From assembly GCF_001447785.1 (NCBI RefSeq), contig NW_015163194.1, positions 1 through 64,000 on the forward strand: a stretch of 64,000 nucleotides of DNA. Direction: 5' to 3'. This DNA comes from Gekko japonicus. Lineage: Eukaryota. Shown in pieces: positions 1-11,888 of this stretch (within the stretch, counting starts at the first letter, position 1; each line of letters begins with the position of its first letter). The notes under the pieces were generated by a model that worked only from the letters and a program-made list of their open reading frames with translations, made no database searches and had not been told where the DNA came from. The position numbers and the translations under genes are program-made.

Positions 1-668
1 GTTTTACTTTCAGGAGAAAAGGTTCTGGGTTCTGCCCCTGACCTGATCTTAGGGCTGACAGACCCCTCCGGTGGAGGTGGGGGTCCACTGTTGCCAGGCC
101 CTACCTCCCTGCTGCTGATCAGCAGACCAGCAGGAAGAATCTTACCCCCCCCCCAAAAGAGGGAGATCCATCTGACATGCAGGAACAAGTCTACATCAAT
201 GCCCACATGTCCCAAAAATGACGTCATCATGTCTGGGATGTTGGGGTGACACTCTGGTATTTGGGCAAAAACTCTCTAGTAGAAGCCAAATTTTCTGTAA
301 TTTTTTTGCCGAAATACCAGAGCATCATGGTAGGGTCCCAGGTGGGATGATGTCCCTTCCGGGTCACACTGGTGGTGATGTAAACATGTCGCTGTAGGTT
401 GGCTGGGCCTCTCTGCTGCTCCCAGTAAGACCCCCCCAACCCCCCACCAGTTGCCAGGAGGGACTGGGGTACTCTACGTGAACTACCACTCGGATGCCTA
501 ATAACAGTAGTCAGTTTATTATCACGTTATAATAATTTTTATTGACCCAGATACTGGATAGTTGATTTGGTTTTAGTGCTTCTGGTTTGTTTCCATTAAT
601 GGGGTCAGGAAGGCTCCCAACCTCGCTGGCTTTCTGCAAACTATACCAAACTGAATTACTCAGGAGGG

Positions 669-1108
669 ATTTTTGACACAGGTAATAGGGCTGTATTGTA
701 ACAATCTGTTTCAGAACAATGCTTTGGTAAAGGGATAGGGACCATGAATCCATACAACTGTGTATAATACTATCTATTGCTGTAATTATGCTCCAGTTAT
801 TCAGTATCTGTACTGCTTTGATTTCTGCATTGTTCAACATATCAAGTTAATGCTTACACTTTGTTTAATAATAAGTGAATAATATTGACACAGGTATTAG
901 GGCTTTTTGACACAGGTAATAGGACTGTATCGTACCATTAGGTTTCAGAATGATTCCTTGGTAACAGGATAGGGACCGTGAATCCATACTACTGTGTATA
1001 ATGCATACTGTCTTTTGCTGTAAGTATGCTTCAGTTATCCAGTTTCTGTACTGCTGTAATTTCTGCATTGTTCAACATATCAGGTTAATGCTTATGCTTT
1101 GTTTAATC
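669..1108. repeat. Diverged tandem repeat, ~235 bp x 2
   Basis: tttttgacacaggtaatagg...ctgcattgttcaacatatca..ttaatgctta..ctttgtttaat occurs twice. Confidence 0.8.
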
Positions 1109-1622
1109 TCCGCTTTCAGTTTTCTGCTTGTTTTCGTACATCTGCAATCTGAACCCTATTGGAGAGTTCATTGGATGTCCCATCCAATTTAACTGTGCTG
1201 GGTTCCATGGTGTTATACACCTTAAGTCTCAGTGAGAAAGGCAGATTATGAATAATCTGCTCACGGGGAGGGCGGGGTATAAATAGACTAAATAAATAAA
1301 AAATAAAAATAAATGAGTAAATAAAGTAATTCTATTGTGTGTATATTTTACTAAGGGCTTATACACTGATTTAGGCTTCCTCTATGATACCTTGAACACT
1401 TTTTTCAAGGGCTCTTTTTGTAGAAAAACCCCAGCAGGAACTCATTAGCACAATAGGCCACACCCAANNNNNNNNNNNNNNNNNNNNNNNNNNNNNNNNN
1501 NNNNNNNNNNNNNNNNNNNNNNNNNNNNNNNNNNNNNNNNNNNNNNNNNNNNNNNNNNNNNNNNNNNNNNNNNNNNNNNNNNNNNNNNNNNNNNNNNNNN
1601 NNNNNNNNNNNNNNNNNNNNNN

Positions 1623-1737
1623 AGGAAAGAAAGAGGGAAAGGAAGAGAAGGAAAGAAGGAAGGAAAGAGAGAAAGAGAGAAGGAAAGAAGGAGGAAAAGA
1701 AGAATGGAGAGAAGGAAAAGAGAGAGAGAGAAGGAAA
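1623..1737. repeat. Purine-rich (GA) low-complexity tract between assembly gaps
   Basis: Direct reading. Confidence 0.9.
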
Positions 1738-2193
1738 NNNNNNNNNNNNNNNNNNNNNNNNNNNNNNNNNNNNNNNNNNNNNNNNNNNNNNNNNNNNNNN
1801 NNNNNNNNNNNNNNNNNNNNNNNNNNNNNNNNNNNNNNNNNNNNNNNNNNNNNNNNNNNNNNNNNNNNNNNNNNNNNNNNNNNNNNNNNNNNNNNNNNNN
1901 NNNNNNNNNNNNNNNNNNNNNNNNNNNNNNNNNNNNNNNNNNNNNNNNNNNNNNNNNNNNNNNNNNNNNNNNNNNNNNNNNNNNNNNNNNNNNNNNNNNN
2001 NNNNNNNNNNNNNNNNNNNNNNNNNNNNNNNNNNNNNNNNNNNNNNNNNNNNNNNNNNNNNNNNNNNNNNNNNNNNNNNNNNNNNNNNNNNNNNNNNNNN
2101 NNNNNNNNNNNNNNNNNNNNNNNNNNNNNNNNNNNNNNNNNNNNNNNNNNNNNNNNNNNNNNNNNNNNNNNNNNNNNNNNNNNNNNNNNNNNN

Positions 2194-2386
2194 TCTGAAT
2201 CCAAACATCACGAGACCTTTTCATAATAAACTCTTTCCAGTTCAATGCATAATTTCAAAAACTTCACAGCAGAATGAATAAACTGGGTTCTGCCCGGTTT
2301 ATTCATTCTGCTGTGAAGTTTTTGAAATTATGCATTGAACTGGAAAGAGTTTATTATGAAAAGGTCTCATGATGTTTGGATTCAGA
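2194..2386. repeat. Long near-perfect inverted repeat (arms ~90 bp or more) in a Penelope-like terminus
   Basis: tctgaatccaaacatcacgagacc...gaataaa pairs with tttattc...ggtctcatgatgtttggattcaga; the left arm runs into the N gap. Confidence 0.9.
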
Positions 2387-3011
2387 ACTGAGACCGTTGT
2401 TTGATAAAGAGAGTTCGAAACGAATGATTAGCTCTGGGGAAGTTCGTCCTTCTTCAATGACTGTCTGTTGACGTCCTTCTGTGAAAAGAATAAACACCAT
2501 GAAGTGACTATATATTATGTACAACATCTGTGAGGTTTTCATCTTTGCACTGTTGCAGTAATTCTTTTGTATACTGATATTGTCATACTGCTGCCCCTTG
2601 TTTTTTGCTGTTATTTTACAAGGCTCCAGTGAACTCCCTTTAAGTGCAGGGAGCCCGAAGGCACCGGATGCCCCGTCTCTGTGCGGAGACTGGGCGTGCA
2701 GGGCTCTTTCCCGCTGGTGGGGAGGGGAGGGTCATGGCAGGCCCGGATGCCGGCCAGAACACTGTTCCAGTACATTCCGGCACAAAAATAGCCCTGCTTC
2801 CCCCCCCCCCTTTTAAAACCAAAATTAGTAGAAGAAAAAACATTCCAGCACAAAAATAGCCCTGCTTCCCCCCCCCCCCTGGAAAACAGAGATTGTTAGA
2901 AGAAAGAAATAATGCTTTAATAAGATTGCATAGTGAACATAATAAATTAAGTCCATGCCCTTTATTCCACAGTTGGGAGTTTACTTTGTTTAGGACTTCC
3001 CCCCTCCCCCT

Positions 3012-3980
3012 TTAAGCTGTCATATTTCTCCTCAGTAATGACACCTTTCTTCTCCTCAACCTGCTCAGAGCTTCCTTCACCTGATCATTCCTCAAGCAAT
3101 AAATCATGGGGTTCAGAAAGGGTGTAATGGAAGTGTAGAAGAGTGTAACAGCTTTTGTGACCTCTGCCTGATTTTCTCCTTCTGGACAGATGTACATTCC
3201 TGCCACAGAGCCATAGAAAAGCGTCACCACGATTAGATGGAAGGATATGGTGGAGAAGGCCTTCCTTCGACTGCCCTCGAAAGAGGGTTTCATCAGGGTG
3301 AGAATCACAATGCCATAGGAGAGCACAACAAACAAGACATTGCTTAAGACAAAAGTGTTGACAAACATCTGGCAGACAAAGGGAGTAACTCCTAGGGGTG
3401 GGCAGGCCAGGGCCAAGATGGTCCCAGCATCGCACAAAAAATGGTCAATGACATTAGGGCCGCAGAAGGACAACTTGGAGATCATAGTCACTGGAATGAT
3501 GTAGGCCATGAATCCAAGTCCCCAACAAGCAATCACCAGAGCAAAGCAGAAATCTTGGGACATAATTTGTGGATAGCGCAATGGGTGGCAGATGGCCAAG
3601 TACCGATCCAAGGCCATAGCTGAGAGGAAGAAATTTTCAGTGGTTCCAAAAGAAAATAAAAGGTAGAACTGGAGGAAACAGTCCCTGAAAGAGATGACAC
3701 CTTGCGGGGATGTCAGATCAAGGATCAATCGGGGCACAGTGGTGCTCACATAACCAATCTCCAGCAAGGAGAAGTTGCTCAGCAGAATGTACATGGGAAG
3801 CCGGGACAAGTGGTTGTCCAGAACCACCAGTATGATGATGGTGAGATTCTCAGCCAACGTGACCACATAGAGAATGGCGAAAAAGATGAGGAGCAGGAAC
3901 CGTTCCTGTTGGCCGACTCCAAATCCCAGCAAAATGAATTCCGTCACTGTGGTCCCATTGACCATTTGGCCCAACTCCAT
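3012..3980 (-). CDS. Olfactory receptor, class II, OR11-like, intact, 322 aa
   Basis: Single-exon 7TM ORF with OR motifs: N-glycosylation site NGT, EFILLGF, PMYILLSNFS, MALDRYLAICHPLRY, FCGPNVIDHFLCD, KAFSTISFHL, PFLNPMIYCLRN. A candidate acceptor (ctgattccAG) lies directly before the ATG. Confidence 0.95.
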   Translation of the reverse strand: MELGQMVNGTTVTEFILLGFGVGQQERFLLLIFFAILYVVTLAENLTIIILVVLDNHLSRLPMYILLSNFSLLEIGYVSTTVPRLILDLTSPQGVISFRDCFLQFYLLFSFGTTENFFLSAMALDRYLAICHPLRYPQIMSQDFCFALVIACWGLGFMAYIIPVTMISKLSFCGPNVIDHFLCDAGTILALACPPLGVTPFVCQMFVNTFVLSNVLFVVLSYGIVILTLMKPSFEGSRRKAFSTISFHLIVVTLFYGSVAGMYICPEGENQAEVTKAVTLFYTSITPFLNPMIYCLRNDQVKEALSRLRRRKVSLLRRNMTA

Positions 3981-6044
3981 CTGGAATCAGATGACATAGT
4001 CATCTTCACATAGCAGAAGCAAATATTATCATCTTGTTTGCCTGTCCTAAAATGCTAAAGATTATGCTTCCGCAAGATTTTCCACCACATTGTGTTTTGA
4101 CATCCTATGGCAATACGTTTCTGAGCTGTTCTACAAAACATAGTTTCCAGAAGCCAAAGCAAGGCATGTGGAACTGACATTCACACAATTTCTTCCCTGT
4201 TCACCTCCATCTCTGCCTCTTTCTGCTGTCTCCTTTGTGTCAAATAGTATATTGTAAGTTCCTTGGGAGGGGGACTTTTTAATTCTGCAAAATGCCCTAA
4301 TGAGTGATGCTGCTACCACAAAAGGACACTTTGAAGTAGCCAGAAACCTGACCTCCCCTGGCTATGGATACGAGTTCCCTCTCCCTTGCTGCTCGATGCT
4401 GACATGGTGTCAATTCAAATAATGGAAAACCAATTCATTGTAAACATAAAAAGGGGACATATAACCTCACCTAAAAACATGCATATGCATTCCCCATTTT
4501 TACCTGAAGAAGCCCCGCCCTACTGTGTAAGACTGCTTAGATTGTAATTTCTGTCTTGATATACTTTCCCAGATATAAACAAAGATATAGAAATGGAATA
4601 ACAAACACATGTACCATGCTATTTTCCCCAGTGGGAACACAACGTGGCTTTCCACTGTTCTCCTCTTCTCCTTTTTATCCTCACCAATACCCCATGCAGA
4701 AGTTTAAGCTGCAATATGTAGGGCTCAAGGTCCCCCAGTGAGATTCCATGGCAGAGTGGGGATTCGAACCTGGGTCTCCCAGACCTGGGTCCAGTCATCT
4801 AATGACTATGCCACACTGTCTCTCAAACGACTGTGTCACTACTTGGCTTCCTGGCTGCAGTCAGAATCTTCAGTCTCTCTCCTCCAAGGGTCACCCCAGA
4901 TAGTGTTATCCTAGCACAGTGATGGCTGGTCAGGTGTGCACATGCAGAAATCATTATCCCTCAGGAGTGAAGCTGATGTGTCTCGGCACATACACAGGAA
5001 GAGGGAGACCCTACCCCTAAATTGTGTGAATTCTTCTCATACATGATCACGAACACTCACACCTGCAGCTTTCCCCTCAAACAGTAACACTGCAGTCTGG
5101 GTTTTAGGAAGCCTCTTTGAGAGAAGAAAAGCTTGAGGAGGAAATCCTCACCTGCAGTTCAACAGGAGAGGGGGGGAAACACTTCCCAGGAGTTGAACAG
5201 AGAGTGAAAAGCTATAGGAAACAGAGATCTGGAACTAGACTTAATTGGCTTCCCCTTTCTTCTATCAGATCTCCTTCATAAACCACCCAATCATCATTTT
5301 GTATTTGCATAGGAATCACCTGTGGCTACATCCTTTATCTAAGAAATGCCCCCTGAGATGCTTCCATAATGTTGAGAGCCAGAGTGGTGCAGTAGTTAAG
5401 AGTGTCAGACTAGGACCTGAGAGATGCAGGTTCGAAATCAGCCAGACGTACCTGACAGAATTGTTGTGAAGAGAAAATAGAGATGGTATGGTCGAAGTAC
5501 CTCTTGAAAAGATGTTGTCTTCCAGACAGAGGATGCTGCTGATACTGAGCTAAGGTCTGCTGCTTGTACAGACGGCTACTGATAAGTCAGTAGGAAACAT
5601 GCGGCCTAACTTAAATGCATGTCTTGCTGGATCACAGTGAAGTCTGCTTATTCTGCAACTATTTGTCAAACATGCATTATCTAGCAAATAATAGGCAGTC
5701 TGTAGAAAGTTAATAGATGTGCATATGGTGTTCCTCCTTCTTCCCACCCTTCATTTTGATGTCTAATTTTATAATTAAAAACAGCATTCTATATTTGATT
5801 GAATGGTGTTAATGGGAAGCAGGAACAAAACCCCCAAAATGTTTCAGACCAGTCTCCCTTTTCGATGGCATTGTTGTCAAAACGAGGCTCATAGAAGGAC
5901 TTCTCAATCTCTCTCTGCTTCGATGTACCTCAGGAGGCTCCAAGGCTCAAACCGGTTCTGGTGGCGGAGACAGAGACATAGGTTGAGGACAGGAAATTCA
6001 GTTGTGGGTTCTCGATGGAGTATGAATGCATTCTTAAAAGATTT

Positions 6045-6173
6045 GCAGAAGTTTTCCTTCAGGAAATGAACCGATCTCGGGCACTTATTTACAGCGTTTA
6101 GTCCTTTTTCTCCCTGTCAAAACAAGATCTCCTCAGAAGACTAATTGTCTCAATTGGGAAAAGCAATTTTACA
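6045..6173 (-). promoter_or_regulatory. Putative OR promoter module (homeodomain TAATTG plus O/E-like sites) for 3012..3980
   Basis: AACAAGATCTCCTCAGAAGACTAATTGTCTCAATTGGGAAAAGCAATTTTACA, homologous to blocks upstream of five other ORs in this window. Confidence 0.6.
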
Positions 6174-6534
6174 TGATATTTATTTTTTCTTTGTAATGAG
6201 GCCTCCAATTAACGTTGATGGAACTATTTGACTTCTGCTGTAGTATTAGTTGGGCAGGATTCACCTTTTCAGCCCTCGTTTCACTGAACTTGACCACTTC
6301 TTTCTGGAGGTTATTGTTTGCTGCCTATCAGTTATCATGGGGGAGGGGAAATGGTCAGTCTCTTCTGCATTTATTGGGCAGCTGCTGGGTGGATGAGTTC
6401 CTATTTGCTGGTGCAGTGGGAGGTCCTGTCTATGCCTCCCATTTTGCTGCCTTCCAGGCTGTGGGGGCTGAAGGTAGGGCTCTGCTGACCCAGGATAAAA
6501 GTGAATACCTCGCCATTTAGCTACCATATCTGGT

Positions 6535-6823
6535 AGGGTTACCAAGTACCTACCGTGAATCGGCGGGAGACACATAGTCCCCAGCTGGAATATTCCTCCC
6601 TGTAACACACCATGACGTTGCCAAGAAGTGACGCCGGGCGACACTCGAGCAATGGGGCTGGAAACTCGATGGTACCATAGAGTTTCCAGCCCCATTGCCA
6701 GAGCGTTGCCCGGCATCACTTCCTGGCGACGGCATGGTGCGGCGTGTCTGTTTTCTGTGCGGGAATGGTTCTGAGAAGAAGTATGTGTCCCCCGCCAATT
6801 CTCGGTAAGTACTTGGTAAGCCT
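6535..6823. mobile_element. Non-autonomous DNA transposon with ~40-bp terminal inverted repeats (TAGGGTT-type; related copies at ~20080-20282, 24073-24285, 32000-32240)
   Basis: gttaccaagtacctaccgtgaatcggcgggagacacata pairs with tatgtgtccccgccaattctcggtaagtacttggtaagc. Confidence 0.7.
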
Positions 6824-7050
6824 CATACCTCNNNNNNNNNNNNNNNNNNNNNNNNNNNNNNNNNNNNNNNNNNNNNNNNNNNNNNNNNNNNNNNNNNNNN
6901 NNNNNNNNNNNNNNNNNNNNNNNNNNNNNNNNNNNNNNNNNNNNNNNNNNNNNNNNNNNNNNNNNNNNNNNNNNNNNNNNNNNNNNNNNNNNNNNNNNNN
7001 NNNNNNNNNNNNNNNNNNNNNNNNNNNNNNNNNNNNNNNNNNNNNNNNNN

Positions 7051-10000
7051 ACAGTTTTTCTTCATACCATTTTATGGCCTTATGCCATTTCTGGTTAAAT
7101 TTATCTTCTGATTTCCCCGCCAAGAACATGTTTAATTTATCCATTTCTATTACATCAAAAAGCTTGTTTATCAATTCTTCCTTATTCGGGATGTTATCCG
7201 ACTTCCAGTTCTTTGCGATACATATTCTCGCCATTGTAATTAGATATACAATAATACATGTTTCATTATATTTAATACCGTTGGGTGTAATATTTAATAA
7301 AAAGATTTCTGGAATTAATGGTAAGTCTATTTCTGTGATATCTTTTATCAACTGCTTAGTAATTTTCCAGAATCTTTGTATTTTCTCGCATTTCCACCAT
7401 ATATGGAGGTGCATTCCTGTATTGTTTTTACACCTCCAACAGTTCCCTGAAACATTTATATAGCATTTTTGCAACCTATCTGGCGTCCAATGCCACCTAT
7501 ATATCATTTTTATTATGTTTTCTTTATACGATGTTGCTCTTAATAGTTTAATGGATTTCCATGTCTTTTCCCATTCCTCTCTCTCTATCGTGCGGCCCAA
7601 GTCTCTTTCCCATTTAATCATCGATGTTTTTTTTCCACTCATCTATTAGCTCTTCTTCTAATAGCAGGTTGTATATTTTTCCCATCTGTTTTTCTTTCTC
7701 TCTTAGCCAGATTTTATCTAGTTGCGTTTCTGTACTGTAAAAATTTAACTTTTTATCTCTTGTAAATCTTGAGACTAGTTGATTTCTTTCCCATATTGAT
7801 AGATTTACATTCATTTCTTGCAGTGATTCCCACGACTTAAGTTCATTTTGTTCATCTAATAAATTCCCGTAGATTATCTTTTTCTCTTCTGTCTGTTATC
7901 TTTTTCTCTTCTGTCATTAATGATGGCATTACGAAAGCCATCATTAGATACCCACTTTGGTATTTTTGCGTAGTATCTTTCTTTTATTTGTCTCCATATT
8001 TGCATTAGAGGACCTCTTACTATATGATTAGAGAAGCACTTCTGTATCTTGTCTTTGTCATACCACACATAGGCATGCCAGCCCATGTGTAGATCATAAC
8101 CTTCTAGTTTTAGCAATTTTTGTCTTCTTATAACGCCCATTCTTTTATCCATCCCAATGGTGCTGCCTGGTAGTACAAGTTCCAATCCGGAAAGCTTAGC
8201 CCTCCTCTAGTTTTTTTTTCTCTTAGAAATTGTAACTTTATTCTGGCTCTTTTCCCTTGCCAGATAAATTTTCTTAGCCGCTTATTTAGATCTTCAATAA
8301 ATTTTTTATTTTTAAGAATTGGGATGCATTGCGCTAAGAATAGGATACGTGGCAGAACATTCATCTTTATCGTGGATAGTCTTCCCATAAACGATATTTG
8401 TAGATCTTGCCATCTTTGTAAGTCCTTCTTGATTTCCTCCAATGTAACTTTATAGTTATTTTCATACAGGTTTGAATTGTTATTTGTAATACTAATACCT
8501 ATGTACTTTACTTTTTTTACTATTTCTAATTTTGTGTTTTCTTGTAATTCTTTTCTCTCTTCTTTTGTGCAGTTCTTTGTCACTAATTTCGTCTTGTTAA
8601 TATTTATTTTGAGTCCGGCTACTGTCCCATACTGTCTTATTATTTGTAATAAATTTTTAATTGATGACATTGGATCTTCCAAGATAAAGACCAAATCATC
8701 GGCGAATGCTAACAACTTAAAGTGCTCTCCTCTCAATTTCAAGCCCTTAACTTCCTCGGTCTTTCTCACTATATCATTTAAAGTCTCTAGACCAAATATG
8801 AATAACAAAGGAGAGAGTGGGCAGCCTTGTCTTGTTCTTTTTTCTATGGGTATCCTTTGAGTCAAATCTCCATTAACTATAATTTTTGCCCATTGTTCAC
8901 GGTATATCGACTCTATCATGCTCATGAAATGGTTTCCACAATTCCAAATCTTTAGTTTCTGTTTCATAAAGTCCCAATTTACATTATCAAAGGCTTTCTC
9001 CGCATTGAGGAACATTAGCGCCAATTTCCCCCCCGGTTGATATTCATAATATTCAATGATGTCCACTATAATTTTTATATTTCTTTTAATTTGCCTTTTT
9101 TGGGAGAAAGCCAGCTTGATCCTGATGAATAATTTGGGACATGACTTTTTAAAATCTGTTCGCTAGTATTGTTGCATAGATCTTATAGTCTACGTTCAAT
9201 AGTGAGACTGGCCTATAATTTTTTATCTTAACACTTTCTGTATTCGGCTTATGGATCAATGAAATCAAAGCCTCATTCCATGATTGTAGTACCTTTGTTG
9301 TTTCCCCAATGCTATGTAACAAATCTTTATATAATGGTGTTATTTCATTTTCTAACTTTAGATATAATTCTACCGTGATTCCATCTGGGCCTGGTGATTT
9401 CTTTTTCTTCTGTTTCCTAAGGGCTTCCGTTATCTCACACATTGTAATTGTCTCATTTAATATTTTTCTCTGTGCTTCTGTAAATTTCCCTATATTGTAT
9501 TTCTTCAGATATTCTTTAATCTCTTTCTTATCTATTACGTCTTGACTATAGAGTTTTAAGGAGAAGTTTTCCACCACTTTTTTTAGTTTGTCATTTATAT
9601 ATTCTAATTCCGATTTTTCATTCTTTAGTGCCAAAATTGTTCTCTTCTCGCTCTCCTTTCTTAATCTGTAGGCCAGCCAACGTGTTGGCTTGTTTGCGTT
9701 TTCGAAGTAATAGGTTTTTGCATACTCTATCTTCTTTGCTATTTCCTGTGTTATTAGTATGTTGACTTGATATTGTATTAGTTTTATTTTTACTCTCGTC
9801 TCTCTGAGGTTTCCATTTTTTTCAACTTTTCTTCTTCCTTTTTTAAGTTCTCTGTCAGTTTTCTATATTTTTCTCGTTTTTGCTTCCTTTTCCATATATC
9901 GTGTGTTGTAAGTATTCCCCTTACATAGGCTTTTAAAGTGTCCCAAACTGTATTAAGTGTTACATCTTCCGTTCTGTTTATTTTTATGAAGTTTTTGATA

Positions 10001-10797
10001 TCCCCTCTAATCTTTTCTAAGAATTTTTTATCTTGCAGTAGCCCCACATTCAATCTCCATCTTGTATTTTTAACTCCATCACGCAACGAGATCCACATTG
10101 GGTTATGGTCCGCATATGTATTTGGCAAAATCTCAACTTCTAATAAGTCTTTTGCTATCTCTACATTTAGCCAAATCATGTCTATGCGGGACCACGCTCT
10201 AAATCTTGCCGAGAAGAAAGTGTAATCCTTTTTGTGGGGATTTCTTGTTCTCCAGATGTCTATTAAATTTAACTCTTCTGCCATTTGCAGAAATGATTTA
10301 GGTAACAGCATACCGCTTCTTACCGTTTTATTTGTTCTTTTCCTATCTTCTTTATCATTGAACACTGCATTAAAGTCTCCAGAAATCATTATATCTCCTG
10401 GACATTCTTTCACCAGTATTTCTTTTAACTCTTTATAAAAGGATTCTTGGTCTTGATTTGGCGCGTATATATTAACTATATAATCTTTTTTTCCATTATG
10501 TCTGATTTTCACCACTAGAATTCTTCCATTTCTTGTTTTATATTTCAATTCTGGATTCAGATTTTCTTTTACATATGTCACCAAGCCTCTTTTTTTTACC
10601 GAATCTGAAGCTACAAAAGCTACGCCTAATTTCTTGCATTCTAGGTATTTATTATGTTCTTCTTATATGTGGGTTTCTTGAAAACATACAACACTTAAAT
10701 TTAATTTTATTGTTTGATGGAAAATTTTTCTCCTTTTTTGTGGGCTATTCAGCCCGTTAACATTCACCGATAATAGAGATAATTTCTTAGTAGCCAT
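7051..10797 (-). pseudogene. L1 ORF2p (APE endonuclease, reverse transcriptase, C-terminal CCHC), frameshifted
   Basis: Motifs MATKKLSLLSVNVNGLNSP, NIYAPN, GDFN, SRIDMIW, ADHNP, KSPGPDG, YRPVSLLNVDYKI, RQGCPLSPLLF, FADD and CWRC..H.WW.C, spread over several frames. Confidence 0.93.
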
Positions 10798-10801
10798 CTT
10801 T

Positions 10802-11888
10802 TTAATCTTTTTTTGCCAGTACTATATTTTTCAGTTGCAATCTCGTTCTTATTTGTGATTCTGTTTTATATCTTATTTGCTGTCTCTTCTTTTCCTTGCG
10901 CAAATCCTTTCTTTCCATTCCCGTAACTTCTTCCCGAGCTGTTGCTCCATCTTGTGTGTCACCATCTTCCTCCTCTCCTTCCTCTTCTTCTCTGTCCCTC
11001 TGCCATCCCAGATCGTCACCTTCCTTCTCTAGGAAGTTTTCCAGTTTAAAAATGGAATCTATTCTATATCTTCGCATTTTATAAGTGAATAAGACACCTT
11101 CCGGTACCATCCATCTGTATTGAATTTGATTTTTTTCTTAAGAGCTCGGTAAGTATGTCATAGTTCCTACGCTTCTCTCTTACCCTCCATGGGACTTCTT
11201 TAAGCACTTTTACTTCCGCTCCCAAGATAGTTAGTTTTTTGTAATTTACTGCATGAATAATTTGGTCTCTAATTTTTTTCCTATGGAATTTTATATGTAC
11301 TTCCCTTGGAAGTTTATTCTTCCTTGCGTAGTTTGAGCTTTTACGCTGTACCGTTTCTATATCCTCTAAGATTTCTTTTTCATTTTCCAAATCAAATTGT
11401 TCTACCATATTTTTAACTAGCACTTCTTTTAGGTCTTTTTCAACTTTTTCACTTATATTTTGAAACCTCAGTATTGTTTCTGCTTTTTCCATTTCCAATA
11501 AGATTATTGTTTGCTCCATCTTGTCTACCTTTGTTTTGACCTCTTGGACTTCTTGGTCTATATCTTCAATCTTCTCCTCTAGTAGCGTTGTGTTTTCAAT
11601 AATTTTTTTAATATCCGCCTTTATCTCTTGTGTGTCTGATTTCAATTGCGCTGAGATTTCATTAATTTTTTCATGCAATGGTTCTATCTCTTTTTTAATT
11701 ATCTCTCCTGTCTGTTGTGCTGCTTGTTGTAGGTAATTTGACATTATTGTTTGTAAGTCTGTCAGTGACACTTGTGTGCCTCCTGTCTTTAGCTGTGCTA
11801 GCCCCCCCCTTGACTGGGGGATGGCGTCCCTATATTTTTCAATGAACCTGATGCCATTTCAGATTCTCTTGTTATTTCTGTCAGTCAT
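10802..11888 (-). pseudogene. L1 ORF1p (coiled coil plus RRM-like region), inactivated
   Basis: The ATG at 11888 is in frame with ORF 11079..11771 through a premature TGA at codon 10. A heptad-rich coiled coil and LPREVHIKF are present. A frameshift near 11110 leads into 10802..11110. Confidence 0.8.

Noticed and set aside
1371-2245. Long ORFs at 1371-2245, 59247-59686 and 61917-62900
   Set aside because: They are artefacts of N gaps and low-complexity tracts.
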